DNA of 64,000 nt from Geosiphon pyriformis uo1. Its lineage: Eukaryota; Fungi; Glomeromycota. Both the position numbers and the translations under genes were made by a program. Under the pieces are notes generated by a model, which saw only the letters and a list, made by a program, of their open reading frames with translations, had not been told where the DNA came from and did no database searches. The stretch covers positions 341,063-405,062 of the forward strand of contig JAAOMT010000694.1 in assembly GCA_016748015.1 (NCBI GenBank). Reading direction: 5' to 3'. Every line of letters starts with the position of its first letter. Positions within the stretch are counted from its first letter, which is position 1. This document shows positions 40,970-52,820 of this stretch, piece after piece.

Positions 40970-42300
40970 ATGGGGAATTCTTTTTGTCTAAATTATTCCA
41001 AAAAGTATCGATATAAACAATATGTAGTTGCTGCTGTTTTTTTATCATATTTTTTTTATTGTAGGATAAATTATGCCCAATCTAAAGAAATTAGGTAAGT
41101 GTGTGGAAATGAACAGTCAAATTCATCTTTGAAAAAGGCAAATTCTGCAGTAAAAATTTGCATTTTTTCCATCAAATGCTTTAGAAATCAAATAAAGTTG
41201 TACAAAAGTCAAATGGACGATTTAATAACGCCGACCTATACGAATTCAACCGTGAACTTGAAAAGAAACATCTTGAACACTTGGCAAGGAAAGATTCTTG
41301 TTCAAGACACAAGATTGCTCAGTTTTTTTCAAAAAATGGCACATTACGCAAAAGCAGCATATCATGTTAAAGGATATGGAATTAAGGGTATAAAATTTGT
41401 AGGGGCAAATTTCTGAAATTATGAAAAAAGCTCAAATTTTTACTGATTTTCAGCCGGGTTGGCCTTCGAAGACAGCACAGAAGAAATCCAAAATCGAATT
41501 GTTGTGTATATTAAGGGTGAAAGACTTTATAGTGAGCTTAAAGATTTCGGCTACTTAGTTTCTTATGGAGAAATGCAAACTGGACTTGTAAATTTGAATT
41601 GGTATCAAGATTTTGAGCGACATAAAGCAAGATTATTAAACCTGATTGAACAGTGGAAAATTCGAAATAAAGTAGGTGATGCAGAGGGTTCAATAACATT
41701 TACAGGACATGGAGTCGGTGGTGGTAGGTTTTCAAAGAAGCTGTTTGTCAATTTTACTTTTCCAAATTTTCCAAATGTGAACTGAAATTAATCAATAAAT
41801 ATCTAGTCTACGCTATGTTCCTGGCCCTAGCTTACAAGAGGGATAACCCTGGATACTCAATAACCATTGTTACATTTGGTGCACCACGTCCAGGCGATCA
41901 GACATTTGCTTTCTATATTGCTAAAGAGATACCTGAAATCTATCGAATCACAAATTATGATGATTTTGCACCACATATGCCAGCCGATAAAGGATTATAT
42001 AGACATCCAAATATGGAATTTTGGATTTCCCAGATTGTTGATTGTAACAGTTGCTCAGATGAATGGCCAATTGTGTTCAAGTGCTTGCCAAAAGGAAGGA
42101 AATCTTTTAAGTTATGGTTTCAATACAATGAAGAAAATTCGGTTGGTACTCAACTTGGTTTTTTTTCTTATCTTTGGTTACAGAGTAATAACTCGAAAAA
42201 ACTATTTTTCTAGAGATGTCATGCTTCAACTTTGAGATCAATAAGTATTATGAAAACGTTTAGACATCTTGGTCCTTATTTTGGGGTAATGATGACATGA
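40970..42300 (+). CDS. Class 3 lipase-like protein, paralog 3, nucleophile Ser replaced by Gly (GHGVGG)
   Basis: Five exons with GT-AG introns: MGNSF...VVAAVFLSYFFYC...|NQIK...LKR...KMAHYAKAAY...|AGLAF...IVVYIKG...ITFTGHGVGG|VYAMFLAL...VTFGAPRPGD...RITNYDDFAPH...HPNMEFWI...EENS|RCHAS...RHLGPYFGVMMT*. The frame is intact. Confidence 0.9.
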
Positions 42301-43784
42301 TGACATATTGTATGAAAATGCTTAGAAAAGAAAATTTTTAAGATTTAAATTAGGAATTGATATGTGAAAATTATGGATAGATTATAAACTTTTCAATGTA
42401 AATGATTTTATTGTTTTACAGTCAGTCAAATACTTTTTGGGACAAAAAAGTATTTTAAGCATTGAATTTTTCTAAACAAAAATTTCCCAGTTATTTATAA
42501 TTTTTATATTATTTATTTGTTAATATCACAAAATTATAATCTATTAATGAATAATATATTAAAATATTTTATTATTAATCATTTTCTTTTATATTAAATA
42601 ATTGCCCGTTTGATAAATTTCATTAAAAAACCTCAAAAAAACTGTTTTATTAATTTGAGAACAACTTTTTTATAACCGTTTATTATCGCAGCTATTTCAT
42701 TTTAAATAACTATTTAATAGATAAATTTACAGTTATTTTCCCTTTAATTCATAGATAAAATAGTTTTGTTCTAAACAGGACAAAAATTAAAACATTTTTG
42801 TAAGTTTTATTATTGATATTATTCAAAGTTATTTTTTCTTCATAATTTATTCGAAATTCCTTTTATAAAATTTATTAAGCAAAACCTTTTAAAATCCAAG
42901 TTTCATTTTTGTTAGAAAAAGTGAACATATCATTTATTTACGTTTCATAAACTGATATTATTCAAAGAACATTTTAAAACAAAAATATTTTTTTCTTTCA
43001 ATAATGTATCTATTTTTCACATTTTTTGTTATTGAATCATACATAAATACTTATTAAGTTTATTATTGATACTTTTATTCCTTATCAAATTTTTAATTAT
43101 TCAATTTCCAATTTCCAATTTAAATCTTTAATTCTATATATATATTTGATATCTATTCATAATTAATACTTATATATAATAATTATTATAATTAAAAATT
43201 AAGCTAAAAATATAATTGATATATTTAACCATCATTTTTTTGAAAAAGTACTCTTTCTGTTCAACTTAACTGCATAACAATAATAGATCCATGTGTACCT
43301 ATTTGTTTCGAATTCTATATCTAAAATTTGTTTTTCCGTTTGTAAAACAAACAAATTGGATATCATATTTTTGTTTTGTCAAAAAATCAATTTGATTAAC
43401 TATAAACAATAAAAAATATTATTATCAGTTTTTTAATGCTAAAGAAGAAAGTTAAGCTAAAAAATGACTAAATGAAATAAATTGATGTTTAAACAAGATA
43501 GGATAAATTTTTTTTGATTTCGGAAGTTTCAAATTGAACAAAGCAGTAGAATGCTATTTAACAAGATTTAATCATATCTGATCTCGGAATATTCAAAAAA
43601 TTGGAAAAGCGCTAAAATTTTTTCATCTTAAAACCTTTTTAATGAACTTTAATTTCTTTTTTAAAAGCTCTTCACATTAAAAAATATCATTATTTTTCCC
43701 AGGATCTAAAAAACCAAATACAATCCTTTCTCAAAAAGTAAGAGTTTCTTTTATGAAGCTTATCTTTGAAGGTGTTTGAAAGAA

Positions 43785-43785
<1 letters not shown>

Positions 43786-43866
<81 letters not shown>

Positions 43867-43875
43867 AATAATAAT
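43786..43875. repeat. (AAC)26(AAT)4 microsatellite upstream of methyltransferase 1
   Basis: Read directly from the sequence. Confidence 0.92.
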
Positions 43876-44188
43876 AAGTAAATAATACACAAAAAATACT
43901 TGAATAGAAAAATTATTTGAGACTTCCTTTAAAAAATTATTCAGTTTAATTCAAGTTGATTTAAAAGTTTAAATTTTGTTATCATCATTCAAGAAAACGT
44001 TGTTTCTTTTCAAAATTTGATAAGATAAAATAACAAACACGTGTCGTTACTTTACCGCATTCAACAGTATACTTAAGAACTGCTTCGCATTAAACTCAAG
44101 AGATACTAAAGATTAATACATCTAGTTTGATAACACTAAATTATCTTCATCTACTTGAACCCTAGTGCCAAGAACTAATCAAATTAAA

Positions 44189-44795
44189 ATGCGCGACACA
44201 TTCAACTCACCGTCACCACCAACAGAAGATGATTCAGAATTCACATCCTCTCCATTCCCAATAAAATACCAATTCCCATCAAATTCTCTCAACTCTTCTC
44301 TTAATCCACCATCTTTTGTCTCAACAGCTACATCAAAAACACACCAAATTCTCTCAAAAAGGAGCACCCAGAGCTTAAAAATGACTACATCTTCATTCAA
44401 TTTATCGAACTTTAATAATAGTGCGCCATTGTTATCACTAAAATCTGCTTCATCGGATAATTTGAGCGAAAAAAAAAACTCTAATAATTTTAACAGTTTG
44501 CAAGAGAGTTTGAATAGAAGTTTTACTAGGAATATAACAAAGAGCCTAAGTGGATATGGAACAAGAAGTCAATTAAAGAAACAAGCCTCTATTACGAATC
44601 TAGGCAATAATTCGAGTCCTACTTTGAGAACCTTACTGCCGCCATCATCCATTCCTAGTTCTTTAATAACTAAAAAAGTTGAAACTTCAACCTCGGCTCC
44701 ATCACCACTAGTCAAGGCCAAATCGATGACACAATTAACTCCAGTGAAATATGATTTATCAATTTCGGATATTGATGATGATGATGATGATGATT

Positions 44796-44834
<39 letters not shown>

Positions 44835-44907
44835 GGAATAATAATAATAATAATAATAATAATGATGTCAATAATGACGGTAATGATGAGAATGATAATA
44901 ATAATAG

Positions 44908-44976
<69 letters not shown>

Positions 44977-46393
44977 TAATAATAATAATAATAACACCTT
45001 CAAAGTGGGGCAAAATAAAGCAAACATTGGACGAGGGAAAGCATACAAAATCTTTCAAGAATATGAACTATTTAGTGAAAAATCAACAGATCGAAAGGAA
45101 TTACATCATGTCTTGATGAAAAAAGTTTGGAAATCATTGGTTTCTGCGCCTGTGCTCGACCGTTTACTAAAGGATGAATGTCAAGTTTTGGATGTTGGGT
45201 AAGTCCAAAAAAAAATTATTTATTTTAGGATTTGGCAATTCGTGAATTAAGTGAGTATTAATTCTTTTTTTATTATTGATTAAAATTGATATCCCATTTC
45301 TGACCACTCAATTAGCTGCGGAACTGGAGCATGGATGCAAGAAATGGCAGCCGAATACCCCAAATCGAAGTTTACTGGAATGGACATCATTTCAAATTTC
45401 GAGATTGATAACGCAAACAAAAATGCCGAATTTTTTAAACATGATTTATTGAATGGCATACCCTTTAAAAGTAACTCATTTTATAAATTTCTTTGAAAGT
45501 TTTTACATTTAAGAGTAAAAAATTAAACTTTCCTTTATATTTTCAAGATGACACATTCGACCTTATCCATCAATCATTCCTGAATTTATTCATTCCTGAA
45601 AAGCAATGGAAAGAAAAAGTCATTCCTGAATTAGTGCGAGTTTGTAAACCAGGAGGTTGGATTGAATTGTTCGAGAGTGATTTACAATATATTAATGCCG
45701 GGGATACGACCCATCGATTGAATCGTGTTTGTATGTATCAAAAGAAGTTTTTTTCTTTAATTTTAAATTGTTTTTCTTCCTTCCTGATTCAATTTAATTT
45801 TTCATTTTTATTGTAGTTCGATCGGCATACAAAAAGAAAGGAATTAATCCGGTGATGTGTACCCAGCTTTACCAACTATTTGTTCAGACTAATAAGATAC
45901 AAAAGATCATGATCGAAGAAAAAGCCATTCCTTTAGGAAATTCAAAAGGGGAAATAAGTGATCTGGTAGAGAGCTTTTTCATTTGAAAATTTTTTTTCTC
46001 ATTACTCAACATTATGTTAAAACCAAATTTCAATCCCTCTTTTTTAAACAGGCAACAAAAGGCCTCAAAAATTCACTTTACTCTGCACGTCACGCAATCC
46101 CCAACCTTATGGCTATTTCACCGGAAGAATATGATCAATTATGTGAGATTTGTTATAACGAGTATGATGAGCATATGACTTTGTTTCCCACATGTCGAAT
46201 TTGGGTCCAGAAAAGTATTTCGGAAGCTGAGGTGGATGTTAAGCCTGCCCCCTTTGTACATACAATGAGCAGTTCGAAACGGGGACGAAGGGAGGTGAAA
46301 GTTGACAGCATACTAAGGAAGAAATTTGAGGCAGTGAAGTTTAATGAGGATAAAAATAACAATATCAATAATAATAATAATACCAATAGTAAC

Positions 46394-46433
<40 letters not shown>

Positions 46434-46624
46434 GTAATAATAAGGATGAGGATGAGGATAAAAAGGAAGATAAAGATAAATTGATGAACACTATCCTTAG
46501 TCCAAGAGCAAGTGAGGGACTAAAGACTGACTTTCAAGAAAAATTCAGTCAAGACGAGAGAAAAAAAGCTTCTAGAAATAATGCAAAGGCTATTGGAAAG
46601 GGGAAAGAAGTTTTTACCATGTGA
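44189..46624 (+). CDS. Class I SAM-dependent methyltransferase (LaeA-like) with long Ser-rich and poly-Asn extensions
   Basis: Five exons: QVLDVG|CGTGAW...FTGMD, GIPFK|NDTFDLIHQ, ELVRVCKPGGWIELFESD, IPLG, TCRIWVQK. Poly-N tracts at about 44.8-45.0 kb and 46.36-46.44 kb. Confidence 0.92.
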
Positions 46625-46978
46625 AATATTTACTTGAATAAAATGTTCATGTCAAATAACGAAATATTTACAAAATATTTTTAATTAGTTGGTCGCACAC
46701 GAAATCCGAATTTACAAATAACCAGGATAAACTGATAGATATTATTATTATTTCAAAATGTGGTAAGTTAACCCATTTGTAAGCTAACAGAAAAATATAC
46801 ATTATTCAAACTTCAAAACATATCAAATGGTAATTCTATACAAATTTAACTTCCACAGATTAATCTCCACCTATATATGGATATATGTATATATGTATAA
46901 CTTCTCTCTAGATATTTAATGTTATCATTTTTCCGATTTTTGAAATATACACTCATTCAATAATCCCTTTTTAAACAC

Positions 46979-48420
46979 TTAAAATCTATCATATTGATCT
47001 ATATTTTTCTAGCAAAAACTCTACATATGGGAATACTTGTCTTACTTTGCTCGCACTCAACTTCTACACGTTCATATAATAGATCATGTTGTTCTGGCGA
47101 TATTTCAAGCAATTGGCAGACCCTTTCACGTGATAAATTTGATATATTTCTTAATTCTTTTTTCGCCTAGAAAACAGATCGAGAAATTATATTTTATTTT
47201 AGCTCAAAAGCAAAAAAGAAAAAAAAAAGATTCTTGTTACTCACCAATTCACCTAATCTGTTACCCCAATCCCCTATTGGGATCAATTTCTCTTCCTTTG
47301 TGATGTTTACTACTAATTTTGTATCTTCTAGAAAATGGCTCAAATGTGAGCTGATTTCCAGATTTATACCTTTATCTCGGAATGAATCTCTAACTGCAAA
47401 AAAATAAATCAAAATTTACAACGAATCAATCGATCAAAAGAAATTTGTGAATACCAAATTCAAAATCATATCACAAAATTTAATGATTTTTTACTCACAT
47501 CCGGTCAATACAGCCTCAGTAACCCGCCCACACTGATGCCACTTGAAATCACTCTCACAAATCTCGATCCATCCACCACTTTTGGTAACTCTAACAATCT
47601 CTAATACAGCCTTCGACCATTGCTCGTAGGTCAGATCCATCGCCAAAAATCTTATATGTACTAAATCAAATGTGGATAATTCAAAAGGTAAACCCTCTGT
47701 TATATTCCATTCAAAGAATCGTGTATTTTTTGGCCGTGATGTTGTGGGAAAGTTGGGAGAATTATCGAGACCTGTGAATGTTGTTGAAGGGAAGTCTTTG
47801 CATGTGTCTAAAATCCAGGTTCCTGTGCCACATCTTTACACGTGGAATTCAAAGAAGGTGAGATTTTGGAAAAAAGAAATAACCGAATTTTTAAAAAATA
47901 TATATACCCAATATCTAAAACTCTCGTTCGTCTAGATTTTAATCGCCTTGAGATCGGGGATGAAAAATTTGACTGCCACGCAAACCTTAGCAAATGGTGT
48001 TTCAAAGTTGATTGGTCCAAGTCATTATCATTTTCAGGCTATCAATTAAACGAAAAAGGGTTAAAATGATTCATTTATACAATAAAAACCATGAAAATGA
48101 TCACCTGGGATGATTTAATTAGGCTTAAGACTCACTAGCAAATACTCTACATCCTCTTCAATACGCTCTTCATAGATCTCGCACAAAAATTCAGATCTTG
48201 CCTTTCTCCCATCCTCTTCTTCCACATGTGTGTACTCTGAGTAAAAAGATGATCGTGAAATTTCGGATTGAATTAGCGTGATGGATTTTGAGGGGCGTTG
48301 TCTGAAAGTCAGTGTTCGTCCTAAGGATGAGTTAGATGAGAAGTTTTTTAATGACTTTTGAGGAGAATCGTAGTCGACATTTGTGGATATTTTTCTTCGT
48401 TTGCTCATCGTTGTCCCCAT
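46979..48420 (-). CDS. Class I SAM-dependent methyltransferase (LaeA-like), paralog 2
   Basis: Five exons: MGTTMSKRRK...EYLL|PENDNDLD...HHLLRFAWQSNFSSP...VLDIG|CGTGTW...FTGLD...GLPFELSTFDLVHIRF...VRVTKSGGWIEICESD...IPIGDWG...ICRVFARK...* (TAA 46979). Confidence 0.92.
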
Positions 48421-49525
48421 GTTATTAGTTATGTATATTTTGAAATCTAGTTTATGAATCGAGGTAAATTTTGAAATATCATTTATGTTAGGAAGAGTTG
48501 TGAATACTTCTATATGAAACTTTTAAGTAAAATATGTTAGGATGGCAACAAAATTAAATTTATATATTATTTTTTGAATTCTATAACGAGCACATAAGCT
48601 CATAAAGGAATGACTAAAAATATAATTTCTATATTTCTCTTAAAAAACGGAATAATCAGAGGGAAAAGTGCAGGCTATGAGATCATCAACTTCTAAATAT
48701 GACGAGAAAATAAATATTCCTCAATCATTAATTATTATTATTATTATTATTATTATTTATTGTGGTCTAAATAAATCAAATAAAATTTTGATTGGTGTTT
48801 CACGTTCCATGATGTAAAATTGTGAATCCAAAAGAATTTTTAAACATTACTACTAATGCAATAAATCGTTTATTATACATGTACATGCATTCTAACTTAA
48901 AATTCACATTTTGAGTCATTTGATGATGTACATCTTTCATAGGTCACGCTATTTCAATAAAAAACCATTTTTGTTACCAATTGGTTCTATAGAAATGCAT
49001 AATACATTTAATAGCCTAACTCAATTTGTAGTGCTAAAAAAAGATTAAAGAATCTTTTAAACAATAAACGGTGTACAGTTTGTTTGGTTTCTACTGATTG
49101 ATGATACCATTTCACTGAAAATGAATATACTTTTCAATTTTTGGTTTTTCAAAATAAAATTTTTAATTCTAAAAAAATTCTTATTTAATGAATGAAAATA
49201 AATATATGGTAATAAAACTTTTATAATTCTGTAGCTGAACAAGAATTCACTGTCATATTGCAAAGAAAGCTCAAGAACAAAAACATCATCACATGATTTT
49301 CAATGAAAATTTAAAATCCAGTTTTCGATTGAATTAAAAATTTTGCTAGCTTCAAAAAATTAATTAGGAACTTCTTGCTGGTGAATTTTAGAAAAAAGCG
49401 AGTTAAATGCAATTACAAAATTAGCTTCTATAAAGCATACAGTTTTCTTATTTCTTATGAATTTTCTAAGCCAACGAGGCCGTCGCTATTTAAAATAAAC
49501 ACAAAAATGGTTATTATTTGAATTT

Positions 49526-50340
49526 CTAATTGCTTCCAATAAAAATTGTCTGAATTATCAGCTCAAAAGTTTTTGTTTTTCTCAACCTTTTTCAGAATTG
49601 TCAGTTCATTTGATTCGGATTGTTTTTCTTCATTATTTACCCTCTTTTAACGAAATATGAAAGGGTTAGCTTATATGGGGCGTGCTGTAACGAAACCAAG
49701 GTTAACAGGTGACGTCACTCGGTCATCAGCCTCGAAGATTTTAACTATTCCTTTCATGGTAACAGTTAAAATTATCAATTATTCAACCAGACCCTTCTTT
49801 AAAGCTAATGGCAATTCTCTGACTATGAGCGATTTTGCTTCATTTTCCATCTTTTTCTTAGTCAGATAGTGATTTTATAATGCTATTCAAAACAACTGTC
49901 TGCCATTAAAGTAAAATAATATATATAGTTAATATACCCTCATAAAAAGGATATAAGTATATTAAAAGAATAGAAAAATAGAAAACATTATGACAAATAA
50001 CATAATTAGTGAACTCAAGAGAGAAATAAGGAATTATTAGATTAAATAGAACAATTAAAAGAAAATTTTCAAGTTAGGGAAGAAAATAATGTCTTAACAG
50101 AAGCAGAAATCAGACATGAGTAATCAAAGCTTTAAGTGAACGAGATGGTAGAATTACTAATGATCCAAAAGAAAAAACAGTTACTGGAATTGAACAAATT
50201 CAGGGTGGTGAGAATTGACCTAAATTTTGTGAAACATGTACTACTAAACAAGCTCGCACAAGATTTATTTGTTTACTTTATCACTACATTGAATTTTTAT
50301 GAGGATTGATTTAAACATTATGATGAAATTAAGAATTAAC
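49526..50340. other. Putative decayed Mollicutes-like (TGA=Trp) bacterial DNA insertion
   Basis: Intronless fragments read through TGA at Trp-like positions. Minus 49633-49526 gives MKKNNPNQMN(W)QF(W)KRLRK..., preceded by SD-like AAGAGGGT. Plus from ATG 49990 gives MTNNIISELKRE...GGEN(W)PKFCETC...ED(W)FKHYDEIKN*, with frameshifts. Confidence 0.4.
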
Positions 50341-50749
50341 AGGGTCTCGAAAACTTGGAGAAAATTATCACAGAAGTGTTGTGAAATCATCATGCTGAAG
50401 AAGTATCAAAAAACGAAAATTTGCAAGAAAAGTTGGAAGAGAAGTCACAAGGGTTAAGAAAAAATGATAAAAGATTTGAAGATGAAAGAAAGGAAAGAGA
50501 AGAATTACGAAAAATAATAAACAAAATATCAATGTTAACTCACTTGGACAGTGGTTGGCTTGACAAGGTGAAATCAGTTATAATGGTAGCCATTTTGCAA
50601 TATTGATAGATACATTCAAGCCAATCAGTAATTGGCTGCTTGAATTCACAAAATTTCTCAAGATCGTGATAGGTCTATTGTAGGTTCAGCAAAGACAGCA
50701 AGTTAACTGTTGATTTTAGTGTCAACCTACTTCACATAAAATTACAAAG

Positions 50750-51933
50750 AGTTAAGCCTCGACGATTAGACACATTTCAATGAGAAATACTATACCTCAC
50801 CCAAATCTTCGTCTCTTGATCCAGATTCATTTTCCTGGTGAGCGGCTATTACAAACTTCATACCTTGGTCTCTCCTCAACGTCCTACATGAAAGAAAACG
50901 AAAACATCCGTTAAAATCCCAATAGCATCACGATGACAACCATAGCAATAGCATACACCCACATAATCATCATTGTAAGCACAGGCTTTGCGTTTGAGAG
51001 TAGGATTGAGTGCATTGCTCAACGCATGTTCTTGAATAGTCACTGAACTGATAAAAATTTCCTCCGCTGCATCGGCTGTGGCATGCATCGCAACATCTGT
51101 GATCCTTTCTTAGTGGTAGTCGAAAACGTGAACATTTCATATCAAGCTCCGAGCTAAAAAGCCACGAGGAAACAATACGCACCTTGCTGACTCGCTTATC
51201 TATAGCGATCATCCTGAATTTTCCGCGTGCTTCCAAATATCGATTTTTTAATATTGTTTCTCGAATAGAGCGAAATAAGTGTTAATAAACATATATTCAT
51301 TTTCCGGTATCGGAGGTTGATGATTATGAAGTCTATTATGCCTAACCGCGCATAATACGATGGGACTCATGTCCAGATCGTATTACGCTCCCCACTTCAA
51401 GCAAGCAGCAGAATTGCCTTGCGCGACAAAGTCGCTCGACAGCAGTCGCAGGGTGTGGTTAGACACTTCCGACATACTGACATGTGGACACCATGATGAG
51501 AATCCTATGGCCTACATCATGACGCTCTCTTCCCCACCTAGGTAGTCAGCAGAAAACCCGGATAATCGACAGCAGTCGTGGGGCGTAGCATATGTCCCTC
51601 TGCCAGGAGTTTACTTCATAGAAACAAGAGAAAATCTGACCTTGATGCTAACATAAAGAGCCAATGCCTTCTTGTTTCTGCGACTGCCAGCAGGAAGCTC
51701 GTTTGTTGGTAATTTTAGCTCGTTGGATAATGCAGTGTGTGCATCTCTAGATGTGCAGGAGGGTTGTTTGTTGATAAAGTAAATATCCCAGTCAACCACG
51801 TCTCCCCACAAACTGGGCTCCCAGTCTAGTGAGAAGAGAGCGTGGAAGCTAGACTCTGCTTAAGACTTACATAAGCACCAAAGTAAAACGAAAGTTTACC
51901 GGGATATCTGAGTTCTTCTATTTTTTCAGCCAT
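50750..51933 (-). pseudogene. Hypothetical multi-exon gene remnant
   Basis: GC-richer block; MAEKIEELRYP|ESSFHALFSLDWEPSLWGDVVDWDIYFINKQPSCTSRDAHTALSNEL... with GT-AG signals. Downstream frames cannot be joined cleanly. Confidence 0.45.
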
Positions 51934-52820
51934 TTAGATGACGACGTTACGTGAATGAATGATCCTAGGAAATATGTAAATTTCCAACTTGCCTGATAAG
52001 CCACAAGTCATTCTATCTTGAAGATTCAAAAATTGAAATTTTGATGATTGAGTAGATTTACTGACTGTGAAAACTTACTTGCAACGGAAGAGAATAATTT
52101 TTTCATTAATTTATGCTCAAAAACATTTTCTTACTCAAGTTTTTAGGGAATCCCAAAAATGGTAGCTTGCATTAAGTTGCTTCTTTATGTTAAAATTGTT
52201 GAATGTACAATTATTTAGTGATTCAACAAGCAAACTACCCGAACAAAAAATGTAATATCAAAATAATTTTGATTCTTTAAAGGAATTTATTCTTTGAAAA
52301 AAGATCTTCATTCACTAAAGTAGTAGAAAAAAATACAGATTTCTTTAAGCTTCCAAAAATTTTGGTTCTATTTTGGGAAGCATTACGATAAAGTTTCTGA
52401 GATGACCCCTAAAATGCCTGTCAGACTCGACCTTAACCAAATTTGGTTCCCATTTGAGGCTTAATTCAATTTCTGGATTATCTTACCACAAATGATCTCC
52501 CTGTACACTTCGCAAGTTTGGCTGAAGATAAAATCCCCCTAATATATATCAGGTGGTTTCCTCTCATATAGCGTTATGTTTAGTCTTCGATGGTCACAAC
52601 GATTTCTTGTAGCATTCACTTCCACCAACAAATTTAATCAAAATATTTTTTCTACCTCTCGATCATACTTCTCAACTCAATATCCCTTTTTCCCGCCATG
52701 AGGATGACAATTTGATCATCATTATCACTGTCACTCAAACTCGATTAAGTTTTATTTATAAATAAACCATTCTTTACCATATTTAAAAATCACGCTTCAC
52801 TAACCTTTTGTCCAACTCTA

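Noticed and set aside
43690-46491. Poly-Val, poly-Leu and poly-Ile ORFs (43690..43890, 44569..45048, 44751..45116, 44759..45058, 46153..46491)
   Set aside because: Alternative-frame or antisense readings of AAC/AAT microsatellites.
36654-48420. Peptide plus methyltransferases as a borosin or dikaritin RiPP cluster
   Set aside because: The methyltransferases are class I LaeA-like, not borosin-type. There is no DUF3328 oxidase or dedicated protease, and the genes are more than 7 kb apart.
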